Shown piece by piece: positions 26,990-34,947 of a stretch of DNA of 51,225 nt; position 1 is the stretch's first letter, and each line of letters begins with the position of its first letter. The stretch is from Candidatus Omnitrophota bacterium (GTDB lineage: Bacteria; Omnitrophota; Gorgyraeia; Pluralincolimonadales; Pluralincolimonadaceae). Under the pieces are notes generated by a model that was not told the DNA's origin, made no database searches, and worked only from the letters and a program-made list of their open reading frames with translations. The position numbers were made by a program, and so were the translations under genes. The stretch lies in contig JAQUPL010000009.1 in NCBI GenBank assembly GCA_028716565.1, positions 1-51,225 of the forward strand, read 5' to 3'.

Positions 26990-27255
26990 AGTTGTACGCT
27001 GCGCCCGGGCGGATCCGGCAGGGCGCACGGTCGATCCGATCTATTGGTGTTCTTGGTGGGTCGCGAGCCCGCACTTCCCTTCTCACTTTTGCCGAGTTTA
27101 TGACGGTATAGCGACCACGCATAGCAGTCGCAAACAGTCGGTCTCGGTCTGGTGATACCTGGTGCTTGAACCAAGACACCCCCTGCGAGCTAATAGCCCA
27201 CCCGCTACCGCCATCGACTATATGCCAGTGACCAGGCCTGATGGCGGCAGACGGC
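26990..27255. ncRNA. structured intergenic region, candidate ncRNA
   Basis: Nested stems 27046-57/27170-80, 27091-96/27143-48, 27111-15/27127-31, plus hairpin 27205-15/27240-50. Confidence 0.4.
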
Positions 27256-27261
27256 GTGCGG

Positions 27262-27444
27262 TTAGCTGCCGATGGCAACTGCGCCGATTACCTGGTACTT
27301 CTGCCCCGTAGCTGGGTCGATAACCTGCCCGAAGAAGCCCTTCTTGCCCGTGCTGAAGGTCTTCTCATAGGCGGCGGTCACAACGAGCTGGTTAATCCCC
27401 AGACGCTGTGCTTTCGGCTTGTCTTCTGCTTTCTTCGTTGGCAT
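27262..27444 (-). CDS. 60-aa basic beta-rich protein
   Basis: SD AAGGGGGTG; KTFSTGKKGFFGQV..KYQV. Confidence 0.6.
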   Translation of the reverse strand: MPTKKAEDKPKAQRLGINQLVVTAAYEKTFSTGKKGFFGQVIDPATGQKYQVIGAVAIGS

Positions 27445-27575
27445 ATAACACCCCCTTATTAAATTCTTGGCCTGATAGGCCTACTGCTGGGCGCAAAGCG
27501 CTCAGGCGGCAGTGAAGACATTACATCTTCTGCCCCGTTCTACGCCTTGTGCCCAGAGATAGGGTATCAGCAAGG

Positions 27576-27917
27576 CTACGCCGCACAGCGTGCAAATAGC
27601 GCCTTCATCTTCTTGATTTGGCTCCTGTCATACCCTTCACAATACTGATTGAGGTTGACCGTGATACCCTTCGGAAGGGTATCAGGATTTTTAAAAACAC
27701 GTTCCGCATTGTACATCTGAGAACCACCCTGTTTCTTCACGGGCTTGAGCGCAATCACGACGCCCCGATAAGTGAGGTACTTGTAAACCTCGTCCTTGCC
27801 GGATCTCGCCCTCTTCTGCGCTTCAATCTGGTCACTGCATTGTTTGCAGTATCCAGCTTTAACGCCCATTGCAACTGGGCGGGACTCGCAGATGATACAC
27901 TTCCTTCGTTCTCTCAT
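27576..27917 (-). CDS. zinc-finger basic protein
   Basis: SD AAGGGGG; CIIC..CKQC. Confidence 0.6.
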   Translation of the reverse strand: MRERRKCIICESRPVAMGVKAGYCKQCSDQIEAQKRARSGKDEVYKYLTYRGVVIALKPVKKQGGSQMYNAERVFKNPDTLPKGITVNLNQYCEGYDRSQIKKMKALFARCAA

Positions 27918-27999
27918 CGCGAACCCCCTTATTCAATTTTAGTGTTCTTGAACCTGTTGAAAGCCTTAACCGAAGTCAAGGCCTTCCGCAGTGCCAAGA

Positions 28000-28830
28000 A
28001 TGACACAGCGCCCCCTAATCATCAGAGGGGGACTGTCTCACGATACAGAACCTAATGAAAGTCCTTTGACCGCTTGAGCACGACCGTCTAGGACTGCTAA
28101 AGACGGGTACTTCCCTTATCGGTCGGGGTCTTAAGGGCTTGCTACCGCCCACGTCTACTCCGTTTGTCCTATACTCACTGTGAACCCTACAGAGCCTCTA
28201 CATGAGGGTATAGGAGCGAGTAAAGGGCTTCGCAGACCGCACCCCATCCTCTTGGTTGGTGGGGGAAATCCACCACAGCCGTATAAGGGCGCATCGTGCC
28301 CTATCCCTACCGCTTTAAGGAAGGGTAGAGGATATGTACCACTCCTCGACGTTTTAGCGACTCGTCGTGCGTCGGGTCTTTTTGTTGATTTAGGCCAACA
28401 AGTCCCCGTGTCTTAGCCGTTTCGCATAGTACCAGCCTATACGCACGTGCAGGCAAGCAACACGGCTACCTGCCTATACCTAGTCCTTATCCCCGCCGGC
28501 GCAGCTCCACCGTAGAACCCCTAGATAGGCATCAGGGTTGCGATCGGCGGGTGTCCCAACGTATAGCCCCAGGGTTAGCATGAAGTCCTAAGTCCCCCGT
28601 CATAGAGACCAGCCCGCAGGTGGTGACATTCCGGGCTTAGGATCGTCGTCCCCTGGATCAAGGGACGATGGGATGAGACTCTTGAGCCTAACGGCTCATA
28701 GATGGCTATATGCGTTGCAATTGATTCACTTACGCCTATCCCTATGGGATAGAATGCCTTAATTAAGATTTGCGCAAGCTATCAAAGGTCGCATATAGCC
28801 ATCTATCAACCGATAGACGTTTGCATTGCT
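28000..28830. ncRNA. large highly structured non-coding region, candidate long ncRNA(s)
   Basis: No credible ORF; at least 12 hairpins including a 17-bp perfect IR (28698-28714/28790-28806) and GUGA and UAAC tetraloops. Confidence 0.55.
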
Positions 28831-28833
28831 CCT

Positions 28834-28866
28834 ATACTACATATCGCAGGAGCATAATCGACATAA
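28834..28866 (-). promoter_or_regulatory. bipartite motif copy 4, pointing into the structured region
   Basis: TTATGTC gattatgctcctgcg ATATGTAG tat. Confidence 0.7.
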
Positions 28867-28895
28867 TAAAGCGGTAGTCCTATTGACTACCGCTT
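28863..28895 (-). terminator. intrinsic terminator after the sigma-like gene
   Basis: 11-bp stem AAGCGGTAGTC/GACTACCGCTT followed by TATTAT on the minus strand. Confidence 0.7.
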
Positions 28896-28918
28896 CACTA
28901 TACCGTTTTGTGCCGTCT

Positions 28919-28951
28919 ACTATACCTATCGACTAGGCATAATTGACATAA
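28919..28951 (-). promoter_or_regulatory. bipartite motif copy 5, overlapping the 3' end of the sigma-like gene
   Basis: TTATGTC aattatgcctagtcg ATAGGTAT agt. Confidence 0.6.
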
Positions 28952-29616
28952 GTGCTATACTCTGTGAGTATATTCGGGCGTGATGCAATCCATCGGCGCA
29001 TTATGCTTTGTTCTAGTTTGGAAGTCGCATATCCAGACAATCTCTTATTTACGATGGACTGTATATGCTTTGGTAGTTTGTTATATAGCAACCTTGCGTC
29101 TATACGTGCTTCACACTCTATTTCCCCCATAAGCAATTCCGAGTGATATGCCATGCGGTCGATAGCATCTTGACCGTAGTTTCCGCCGTCTTCTGCATCC
29201 GCCATACGTTCAATAGAATCTAGGTTGTATTGGCTATGTAGTTTGAAGGCCTTCCAAAAATCCTTCCAATCACATCTAGCTATAGCGTAAGCCAATTTCT
29301 CATCCTTTACACGTTTTGTTAATAGTGTAAGTGATAATTCTTGCATTAAGTCGGCGCGTTCCTCCTTCGGCGCTTTGCGACTGAAGATATACGCATATTT
29401 GAGCGCTATGCGTTGTTCTCTTGGGAGTTTGTTTATCTGCTGTAGAAATTCGTTGACGTGTCCTTCGAATTCCCCTTCAATTTGTATAGCACTGGAAAGC
29501 ATTTTTGCTATGCTTCTATAGGTTGTATCGTGCTTTTGGATTGCCTCCGGTTGTGCTTTGAAGGCCGTTTTTAACTCTGTTTTTGTTGCTTTGCGACTGA
29601 TAACCTTGCTATTCAT
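28933..29616 (-). CDS. RNA polymerase sigma-factor-like protein (ECF/group 3-4-like)
   Basis: ERADLMQELSLTLL and AYAIARCDWKDFWK resemble region 2 (EDLxQE, W/Y..IARN...D..R); LYNKLPKHIQSIVNKRL resembles the region 4 entry; region 4 HTH looks degenerate. Confidence 0.5.
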   Translation of the reverse strand: MNSKVISRKATKTELKTAFKAQPEAIQKHDTTYRSIAKMLSSAIQIEGEFEGHVNEFLQQINKLPREQRIALKYAYIFSRKAPKEERADLMQELSLTLLTKRVKDEKLAYAIARCDWKDFWKAFKLHSQYNLDSIERMADAEDGGNYGQDAIDRMAYHSELLMGEIECEARIDARLLYNKLPKHIQSIVNKRLSGYATSKLEQSIMRRWIASRPNILTEYSTYVNYA

Positions 29617-29699
29617 TTTGATACCCCTTTTTTTAATTTTTGATACGTTCGAACCTGTATTCAATTGTGTTTTCCGTCGGAGCACCTCCCATATCAAAA

Positions 29700-29728
29700 A
29701 TATTACATCGTATTTCGTGATAAGTCAA
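29700..29728 (-). promoter_or_regulatory. sigma70-type promoter of the sigma-like gene
   Basis: TTGACT-N17-TAATAT. Confidence 0.7.
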
Positions 29729-29812
29729 TATACTTCAAAGTATATGATTCGATATATCGAATAGCTATATAAACGGATTTCCGACGAATTTTAGAAACGT
29801 GGGGCAACGTAC

Positions 29813-29842
29813 ACAAAAAAACCGCCACATATAGCATGGCGG
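29813..29842 (-). terminator. intrinsic terminator
   Basis: CCGCCA/TGGCGG stem followed by TTTTTTTG. Confidence 0.75.
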
Positions 29843-29878
29843 ATACTGTATCGGCTATTCTCTATGCTCTGAGGTAGG

Positions 29879-30217
29879 CTACTTGTCCAGTTGAGGGGGG
29901 CGCACTCCTGTTATACGTATAGTGTGCTTTTTACCAGGCGTGACTATCTTCGTGTTGAAGGGGCAGGTGTCTACGGGCTTGATCTTGCGCTCCATCGCCC
30001 GGAGCCGGGTGTAGTAGTCCGGGAGCTCGTCCAGGTGGCGGAGGGCGATCTTCGCTATTCCGATATGATCGTCCGGGGCGAGGACGCGGTAGCGCGGATC
30101 GTCAGTGTGCTCAGTCTCAACCTCCAACCCCTGGCGGAGCTGATCGACATCGACCATCTTCCAGTCTACGTTCAACTGGTCGCCGATCCGCCGGGCGTCC
30201 TCCGTGGTGTACTTCAT
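29879..30217 (-). CDS. DUF5661-like protein
   Basis: QGLEVETEH..D...IAKIALRHLDELPDYYTRL. Confidence 0.7.
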   Translation of the reverse strand: MKYTTEDARRIGDQLNVDWKMVDVDQLRQGLEVETEHTDDPRYRVLAPDDHIGIAKIALRHLDELPDYYTRLRAMERKIKPVDTCPFNTKIVTPGKKHTIRITGVRPPQLDK

Positions 30218-30221
30218 TTTA

Positions 30222-30575
30222 CTAGGCTCGAACGGCGCTGCTGTAATAATAGATAGCACCGTCTGTTGTGACTATCGCTTTGCCCTGCTTGACCAACTTT
30301 ATAACGATATCCCCGTTACAGAGTGTTTCCAGTATATCGCCGCCGCCGCCATATTTAATGGCTCTTTCAAAAGTATCACGCTGTTTTGGGAATTGCACCC
30401 AGGTATCACCCTCTTTTTCAAAACCACATTCAAGCGCTAGTTTTCCCAGCGCTTCCATCCCCTCGCGGTGTATTTGTGTTTCAGGTGGTGAGTATTCTTT
30501 GATATGTTTCTCGATAGCTCCGAGAAAACCCGGCCATATAATCTGACATACAGGATCTAGATTCTTTACTCCCAT
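30222..30575 (-). CDS. hypothetical protein
   Basis: SD GGAGCGTGAG; 117 aa. Confidence 0.55.
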   Translation of the reverse strand: MGVKNLDPVCQIIWPGFLGAIEKHIKEYSPPETQIHREGMEALGKLALECGFEKEGDTWVQFPKQRDTFERAIKYGGGGDILETLCNGDIVIKLVKQGKAIVTTDGAIYYYSSAVRA

Positions 30576-30578
30576 AAC

Positions 30579-30950
30579 TCACGCTCCGTATTTCTTCTTT
30601 GGATCAGGGATTATTCTCCCATGAAGATCTTTTTGAGCTCTACCTATTAACTCTCGTTTCCCAGATCTCCACTCCGCGCCGCAAACCTTCATCCGGGCGG
30701 CGGCTTCCTCCCTGCCATGTATGTTTCCGGCTTTCATGCACTTCGAGACAAAGAGGTTATAAGGCGTCGGCGCCCGCTTCTCCCCGCCCCGCCGGCTGCG
30801 CGCCCCCCCAGGTACGCGGCAGATCACCACGCCGGCGCGGTCCGGACAGTCCGGGATCCCGGCCAACGTTTCCTCGAGATCCGGAACCTTCTCCAAGATG
30901 ATCCCCTTGATCGTTTTACCCAGGCATGGTACACATTTAGCTACTACCAT
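30579..30950 (-). CDS. HMG-box/YABBY-like DNA-binding protein with N-terminal Cys pairs
   Basis: KRAPTPYNLFVSKCM...RMKVCGAEWRSGK; CVPC and CPDC. Confidence 0.6.
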   Translation of the reverse strand: MVVAKCVPCLGKTIKGIILEKVPDLEETLAGIPDCPDRAGVVICRVPGGARSRRGGEKRAPTPYNLFVSKCMKAGNIHGREEAAARMKVCGAEWRSGKRELIGRAQKDLHGRIIPDPKKKYGA

Positions 30951-31131
30951 AACCGTCCTCTATCTCTTCCACCTTCTCTTCTTTACGCGCGTTCCAGGCG
31001 TCAAACACAGCTTTGACACTCAAGAATCCTATGGCCATTGCGGCTCCCGTGGCAATCGTTCTGACAAAATCTTTAACAAACATCGCTGGCCTCGTTCTAT
31101 TACATTGTAATACATCAGGGTATTTTGTCAA
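30937..31131 (-). CDS. small TM protein
   Basis: IATGAAMAIGFLSVKAVF. Confidence 0.5.
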   Translation of the reverse strand: MTKYPDVLQCNRTRPAMFVKDFVRTIATGAAMAIGFLSVKAVFDAWNARKEEKVEEIEDGYGSS

Positions 31132-31134
31132 CTT

Positions 31135-31163
31135 AAAACAAAGAAGCCGCCCTGCCGGCGGCC
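31135..31163 (-). terminator. intrinsic terminator
   Basis: GCCGCC/GGCGGC stem followed by TTCTTTGTTTT. Confidence 0.7.
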
Positions 31164-31188
31164 TCCTCGCTTGCTTGGTCAGTAAACG

Positions 31189-31446
31189 TCAGGAGCTATC
31201 CCTGGCGCATAACTCGGGTTTAACAGTGACTTTCATCTTCCGGCTCCGGATCCGGCGGACCACAGACGCAGCGCTCTTCACAATATCTTCCTTTAGGAGG
31301 AAGACGCCATGCAGGCCGCCGGCGATCCCCGCCAGGACGGGCCCGGGCTCCCGCCCTGTGAAAGCCATGCCGATGAGGCTGAGATCGATTATCAAGATGA
31401 GGAAGAGCTGGAAACGGAGAACCATAAGTTTGATTCTGTCATCCAT
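31189..31446 (-). CDS. two-TM protein with basic C-tail (holin-like topology)
   Basis: SD AAGAAGGA; two hydrophobic helices, RRIRSRKMK tail. Confidence 0.5.
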   Translation of the reverse strand: MDDRIKLMVLRFQLFLILIIDLSLIGMAFTGREPGPVLAGIAGGLHGVFLLKEDIVKSAASVVRRIRSRKMKVTVKPELCARDSS

Positions 31447-31646
31447 AGAATCCTTCTTTATAGTAAGGGTGGGATAAGGTCCTTCCCCACCAGGCTTACA
31501 GGTCGCATTAGGACCGTTGCCCCCTGCAAACCAAGCCCTACGGGCTAGATTACGGGCATGCACCACCACCGAGACGTTCAGTGGTGGTGCACGGCGTGTG
31601 TGTGGGAGGCTAACCCAGACACTGGCGACGGTTTAAGTCTACACTA

Positions 31647-32201
31647 TCACCGCGGCGGAATCAACCTGCCAGTCACCCCACCAAACCCAGAAGGCCCTAG
31701 CGGCGGCATCATCCTCGCAGCCTGCGGCCTGGTCGCGGCCTGCGTCAGCGCGTTCTGCATACCCATGGTCAGCAGCTGCAGCATTAAGGTCATCTCGAGT
31801 ATCCCCTTACCTTCAGGACGAGTTATATTGTAGCAATGAACTTCCTCATCATCATCGTCCTCTTTTAATACGATAATGATAGCCCTGATATATTCCAGGT
31901 GTTCTACTTTCTCCGGCTGCGCTTCGTCCGCGTGGATATCGATGGCCAGAGTGACTTCTTTATTCGTCTTTTTTATAAAATCTCTATCCATCCATAGATC
32001 GCTATCAAGACACTCTCTTATGGCGCCCAACGCCTCAGTAATAGACATCCCCAGCGCCACCATCCCGCAATCGCCATTCTTGTTCACAGTCACCATTAAC
32101 GCGCGATCGCCAAGGATATCGCCGGAGTTGACCACCTCAAACTCTGGTTTTTTAAGATCTCCTTTTACCTTTTTTAACTGCCATGTAATTTTTACCATCA
32201 C
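31647..32201 (-). CDS. hypothetical protein
   Basis: SD AAGGAGG; 184 aa. Confidence 0.55.
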   Translation of the reverse strand: MMVKITWQLKKVKGDLKKPEFEVVNSGDILGDRALMVTVNKNGDCGMVALGMSITEALGAIRECLDSDLWMDRDFIKKTNKEVTLAIDIHADEAQPEKVEHLEYIRAIIIVLKEDDDDEEVHCYNITRPEGKGILEMTLMLQLLTMGMQNALTQAATRPQAARMMPPLGPSGFGGVTGRLIPPR

Positions 32202-32215
32202 GCCTCCTTCTACAT

Positions 32216-32644
32216 CTATGGTCCTTTAACTATAAGAGATACTGCCTTCATCTGCCCGGCCAGGACGCCGGCGCTCAACTCCATGTTCTTCACAACCACC
32301 TTTGCCTTATTCTTTATATCACGATCGCTTGTCTTACGGGAGATCTCGCGATAGGACTGTGCCTGGTGGTTTATAGTATTCAGTTGCTCCTCGATGCTGG
32401 TCCGCAGCCCTTTCAGCGCTTCAATCATGTCGCGGTCGACCTCGAACTGCAATGTTGTTCTGAGTGTTTTTCTCTCATGCCTACCATTGAACTCACGCGG
32501 CCTGCCTTTATAATCCGGGAAGATGAGGGCATCGATATCGTATTTTTGACGGAGGGGACAATATTTACAGGCTGCTTCGCCCGTTCTGCTATCTATTATC
32601 CAGTAATGACCGCCACCCGAGTTCCCAGGACAACCTGCTGGCAT
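32216..32644 (-). CDS. Cys/His motif + coiled-coil protein
   Basis: C..HYW..CKYC; C-terminal heptads. Confidence 0.55.
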   Translation of the reverse strand: MPAGCPGNSGGGHYWIIDSRTGEAACKYCPLRQKYDIDALIFPDYKGRPREFNGRHERKTLRTTLQFEVDRDMIEALKGLRTSIEEQLNTINHQAQSYREISRKTSDRDIKNKAKVVVKNMELSAGVLAGQMKAVSLIVKGP

Positions 32645-32652
32645 CTCGCCCC

Positions 32653-33108
32653 CTAAGTGGTTTTCTTCTTGCTCTGTTTCCTCTTCACTTTTGTTTTCTC
32701 CTCCACCTGGCCGCTAAGAAGTGATTCGTTGATATTATCTACACGTACCCGGATAACGTCGACGACGTTTTTATACTGCTCGCTGCGCGGATCCGTGATA
32801 TCCCGGTAGTCCATCACGCCAGGCGCCTCTTTGCTTTTGTGCCCGGGCTTTGTACCGCGCGGCGCCGGCAGGCGCCCGCCGAAAGTCTGTTCAAAGAACT
32901 GCAGCTCCGGAGACGCCTCCAGGAAGTTTTTATATTCGGTCATCATACTACATAGTGGGCAGCGAAGTCGAGTCACCGTCTGCGGCGCGCGCGGCGGCGG
33001 GGCCGCCTTGAATCGCGGCTTCTTCTTTGGCAGCTTAACGGGCGGCGCTTTCGGCACAACCCGCGCCGGCACGCCGCCGGTCCGCTTCTTCCTAGTTTGT
33101 TTTGGCAC
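32653..33108 (-). CDS. basic, Pro-rich protein with CPLC motif
   Basis: K/R/P-rich termini. Confidence 0.55.
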   Translation of the reverse strand: MPKQTRKKRTGGVPARVVPKAPPVKLPKKKPRFKAAPPPRAPQTVTRLRCPLCSMMTEYKNFLEASPELQFFEQTFGGRLPAPRGTKPGHKSKEAPGVMDYRDITDPRSEQYKNVVDVIRVRVDNINESLLSGQVEEKTKVKRKQSKKKTT

Positions 33109-33426
33109 CTAAAACTCCAGATTTCTTGTATCCGGCTTACACTTAAAGCATTTGGCACCATTGACCATAATTTCATCTGCCGTCAGTGGTGTAGTACAGT
33201 CTTTGCATTTGCACATACCCATAGCCTCCATCATCTTGTAAAGCGGGGTCATTGGATCCTTTGATGGGGCAAGCGGTGGCAGTATCATGGGCGCTACTCC
33301 AGTGAACCTTAATGCGTCTCCTATTATAAACTTTACTGCCTCCTCTACCTCCAGCCCCCTCTCACTGGCAAAAATACACACCTTCTCATAAATCTCGTCG
33401 TGCAACGATAGCGTCAGCTCTTTCAT
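33109..33426 (-). CDS. ribbon-helix-helix-like regulator with zinc finger
   Basis: MKELTLSLHDEIYEKV..GLEVEEAVKFII; CKDC..CFKC. Confidence 0.55.
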   Translation of the reverse strand: MKELTLSLHDEIYEKVCIFASERGLEVEEAVKFIIGDALRFTGVAPMILPPLAPSKDPMTPLYKMMEAMGMCKCKDCTTPLTADEIMVNGAKCFKCKPDTRNLEF

Positions 33427-33440
33427 TCTGCTCTCCTTCC

Positions 33441-33653
33441 TTAAAACGTAGTATAACTATATTCTCCCGAATGGCGGCTACGGTGGCACTCCTTTATCAT
33501 TTCTACGCTAATACAACAGCCTATATCGTGTCCCCATCTGAATTTAAAGGCTAATAAAATACCAGATGGCGTTAAATATACACAATCTGTGATACGAAGC
33601 CAACCTTGGCTTTTTACATAATCTGCCAGTTCGCCTAAAGTCAAGTCGCTCAC
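33441..33653 (-). CDS. small hypothetical protein
   Basis: SD GAGGAGG. Confidence 0.45.
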   Translation of the reverse strand: MSDLTLGELADYVKSQGWLRITDCVYLTPSGILLAFKFRWGHDIGCCISVEMIKECHRSRHSGEYSYTTF

Positions 33654-33662
33654 TGTTCCTCC

Positions 33663-33860
33663 TCATTTTTCGGTTATTAGAGACTTACCACATCTTGGAC
33701 ACTGCGTTAGTGGCAGAACGACCAGTTTATATGGCATAGGGCATTTTATACTATCACAACTCATCATATCTTTTAATGTTGCTAACGCCTCCTTATCTAC
33801 TTCCCAGTATTCTTTAACATATACACACCCAAATATCATACATATCAATTTTTTTAACAT
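33663..33860 (-). CDS. small Cys-rich protein
   Basis: SD GGAGG; C...GC..CPRCGK. Confidence 0.5.
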   Translation of the reverse strand: MLKKLICMIFGCVYVKEYWEVDKEALATLKDMMSCDSIKCPMPYKLVVLPLTQCPRCGKSLITEK

Positions 33861-33862
33861 TT

Positions 33863-34726
33863 CTAATCCTCCCATACCTTCAAAAAGGGGTGCTCCGCAA
33901 ACACCTTGTCGTCGATATTATAGTCTTCCCCCGAGATCTCGCGCGTCACATCGTCCATGCCGACAAATTGCGTAGCCATGTACCGCTGCGCCATGGTCGA
34001 GGCTCCCCACCTAAAGAATTTCTTCACCTCGAGCTCGGAGCAATACCTGCCGACCAGCGTGACCAGCGTGCGCCGGATCGAATGGAATCCGGTGCCGTCG
34101 ATGTGCGGAACGCCGGCGGCCTCCTCGATCGACAAATATATTCTGGTAACCATGTCCTCGCTGCGGCCCGGGAAAGGGTATTCCTGGATCCACGGAACGA
34201 TCTCCCCGGGTATCTTATGCCAGCGCTCCCGGCCATGCTTCAAAGTCTTTACCAGCAGCAGGCCGCTCCCCAGGTCAATGTCTGCGATCTGCGTGCCGGC
34301 CAGCTCACCGCGGCGGTGGCCGTATGTCGTCGACAACGCGAGGAATGCCGCCTGCTCCGCTGTAAGCTCGCCGGCATGAGCAGCAGTTATAAACTTCTTT
34401 ATTAGCTCCGGGTGCATCGCCGGCGCGTAAACCTCGCTTTCGCGGACCCGGGGCGTCTCATTGCTGCGGAACGGCCACTCGAGGCCGTTCACGATGAAGA
34501 AGCGGCGCAGCGTGCGCCACTTCAAGTTGATACTGCTGTCCGCGTAGTCCTCTTTGTGGAGGTAAGCTATATACGCCATGACCGCGGCCCTGTTCGGCTC
34601 GCGGTACTTTATCTTCTCCAGGAAGTCCCTACAGAAGCTCACCAAAAGGCCTTTCGTATGCTCGTCGCTGGAAAGCGAGTCGCTATACTTCTGCAGCATA
34701 TTCTCTTTTTGTGTTTTAGTTAACAT
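33863..34726 (-). CDS. tyrosine recombinase (XerD/integrase family)
   Basis: SAM-like N domain; TYGHRRGEL (R), LKHG (K), FHSIRR (HxxR), RWG..TMAQRY (W, Y). Confidence 0.85.
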   Translation of the reverse strand: MLTKTQKENMLQKYSDSLSSDEHTKGLLVSFCRDFLEKIKYREPNRAAVMAYIAYLHKEDYADSSINLKWRTLRRFFIVNGLEWPFRSNETPRVRESEVYAPAMHPELIKKFITAAHAGELTAEQAAFLALSTTYGHRRGELAGTQIADIDLGSGLLLVKTLKHGRERWHKIPGEIVPWIQEYPFPGRSEDMVTRIYLSIEEAAGVPHIDGTGFHSIRRTLVTLVGRYCSELEVKKFFRWGASTMAQRYMATQFVGMDDVTREISGEDYNIDDKVFAEHPFLKVWED

Positions 34727-34946
34727 CTCTTCCCTGTCTTAAACAATAAACAGTGTGATACCACCGATATAATAATAACCTTTCCCTAGGCCCTGGAAAC
34801 ATACTATCAATCCATCTGTAGTCAAACCAAACACTTGTTATAGATCGAGCAATTTTAGAAAGGTTGCCAGATTGCGTCATTGCGGCGTTTCTCTTCGCCC
34901 TCCTAGTAACCTGTAATATCTTTGAAAAATCCGACTTATTAAACAT
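34716..34946 (-). CDS. hypothetical protein
   Basis: SD GGAGAG; fills the gap in the operon. Confidence 0.4.
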   Translation of the reverse strand: MFNKSDFSKILQVTRRAKRNAAMTQSGNLSKIARSITSVWFDYRWIDSMFPGPRERLLLYRWYHTVYCLRQGRDVN

Positions 34947-34947
34947 A

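Noticed and set aside
28001-28040. Hammerhead ribozyme (CTGATGA on the minus strand)
   Set aside because: The motif sits in a simple hairpin loop with no stem II-GAAA core
28031-28124. RNase P RNA-like words (GACTGTC, ACAGAACC, GAAAGTCC, CTTATCGGTC)
   Set aside because: Order and spacing are incompatible with canonical or simply permuted RNase P: ACAGAACC lies only 4 nt before GAAAGTCC, there is no GAG before GAAAG, and there is no local P4 partner. Probably coincidence; cmsearch with RF00010/RF00011 would settle it.
33863-34726. Integrated prophage with attL/attR
   Set aside because: No host genes or flanking att duplication, and the ends join in frame; the recombinase may act in integration or dimer resolution, but no att site was identified
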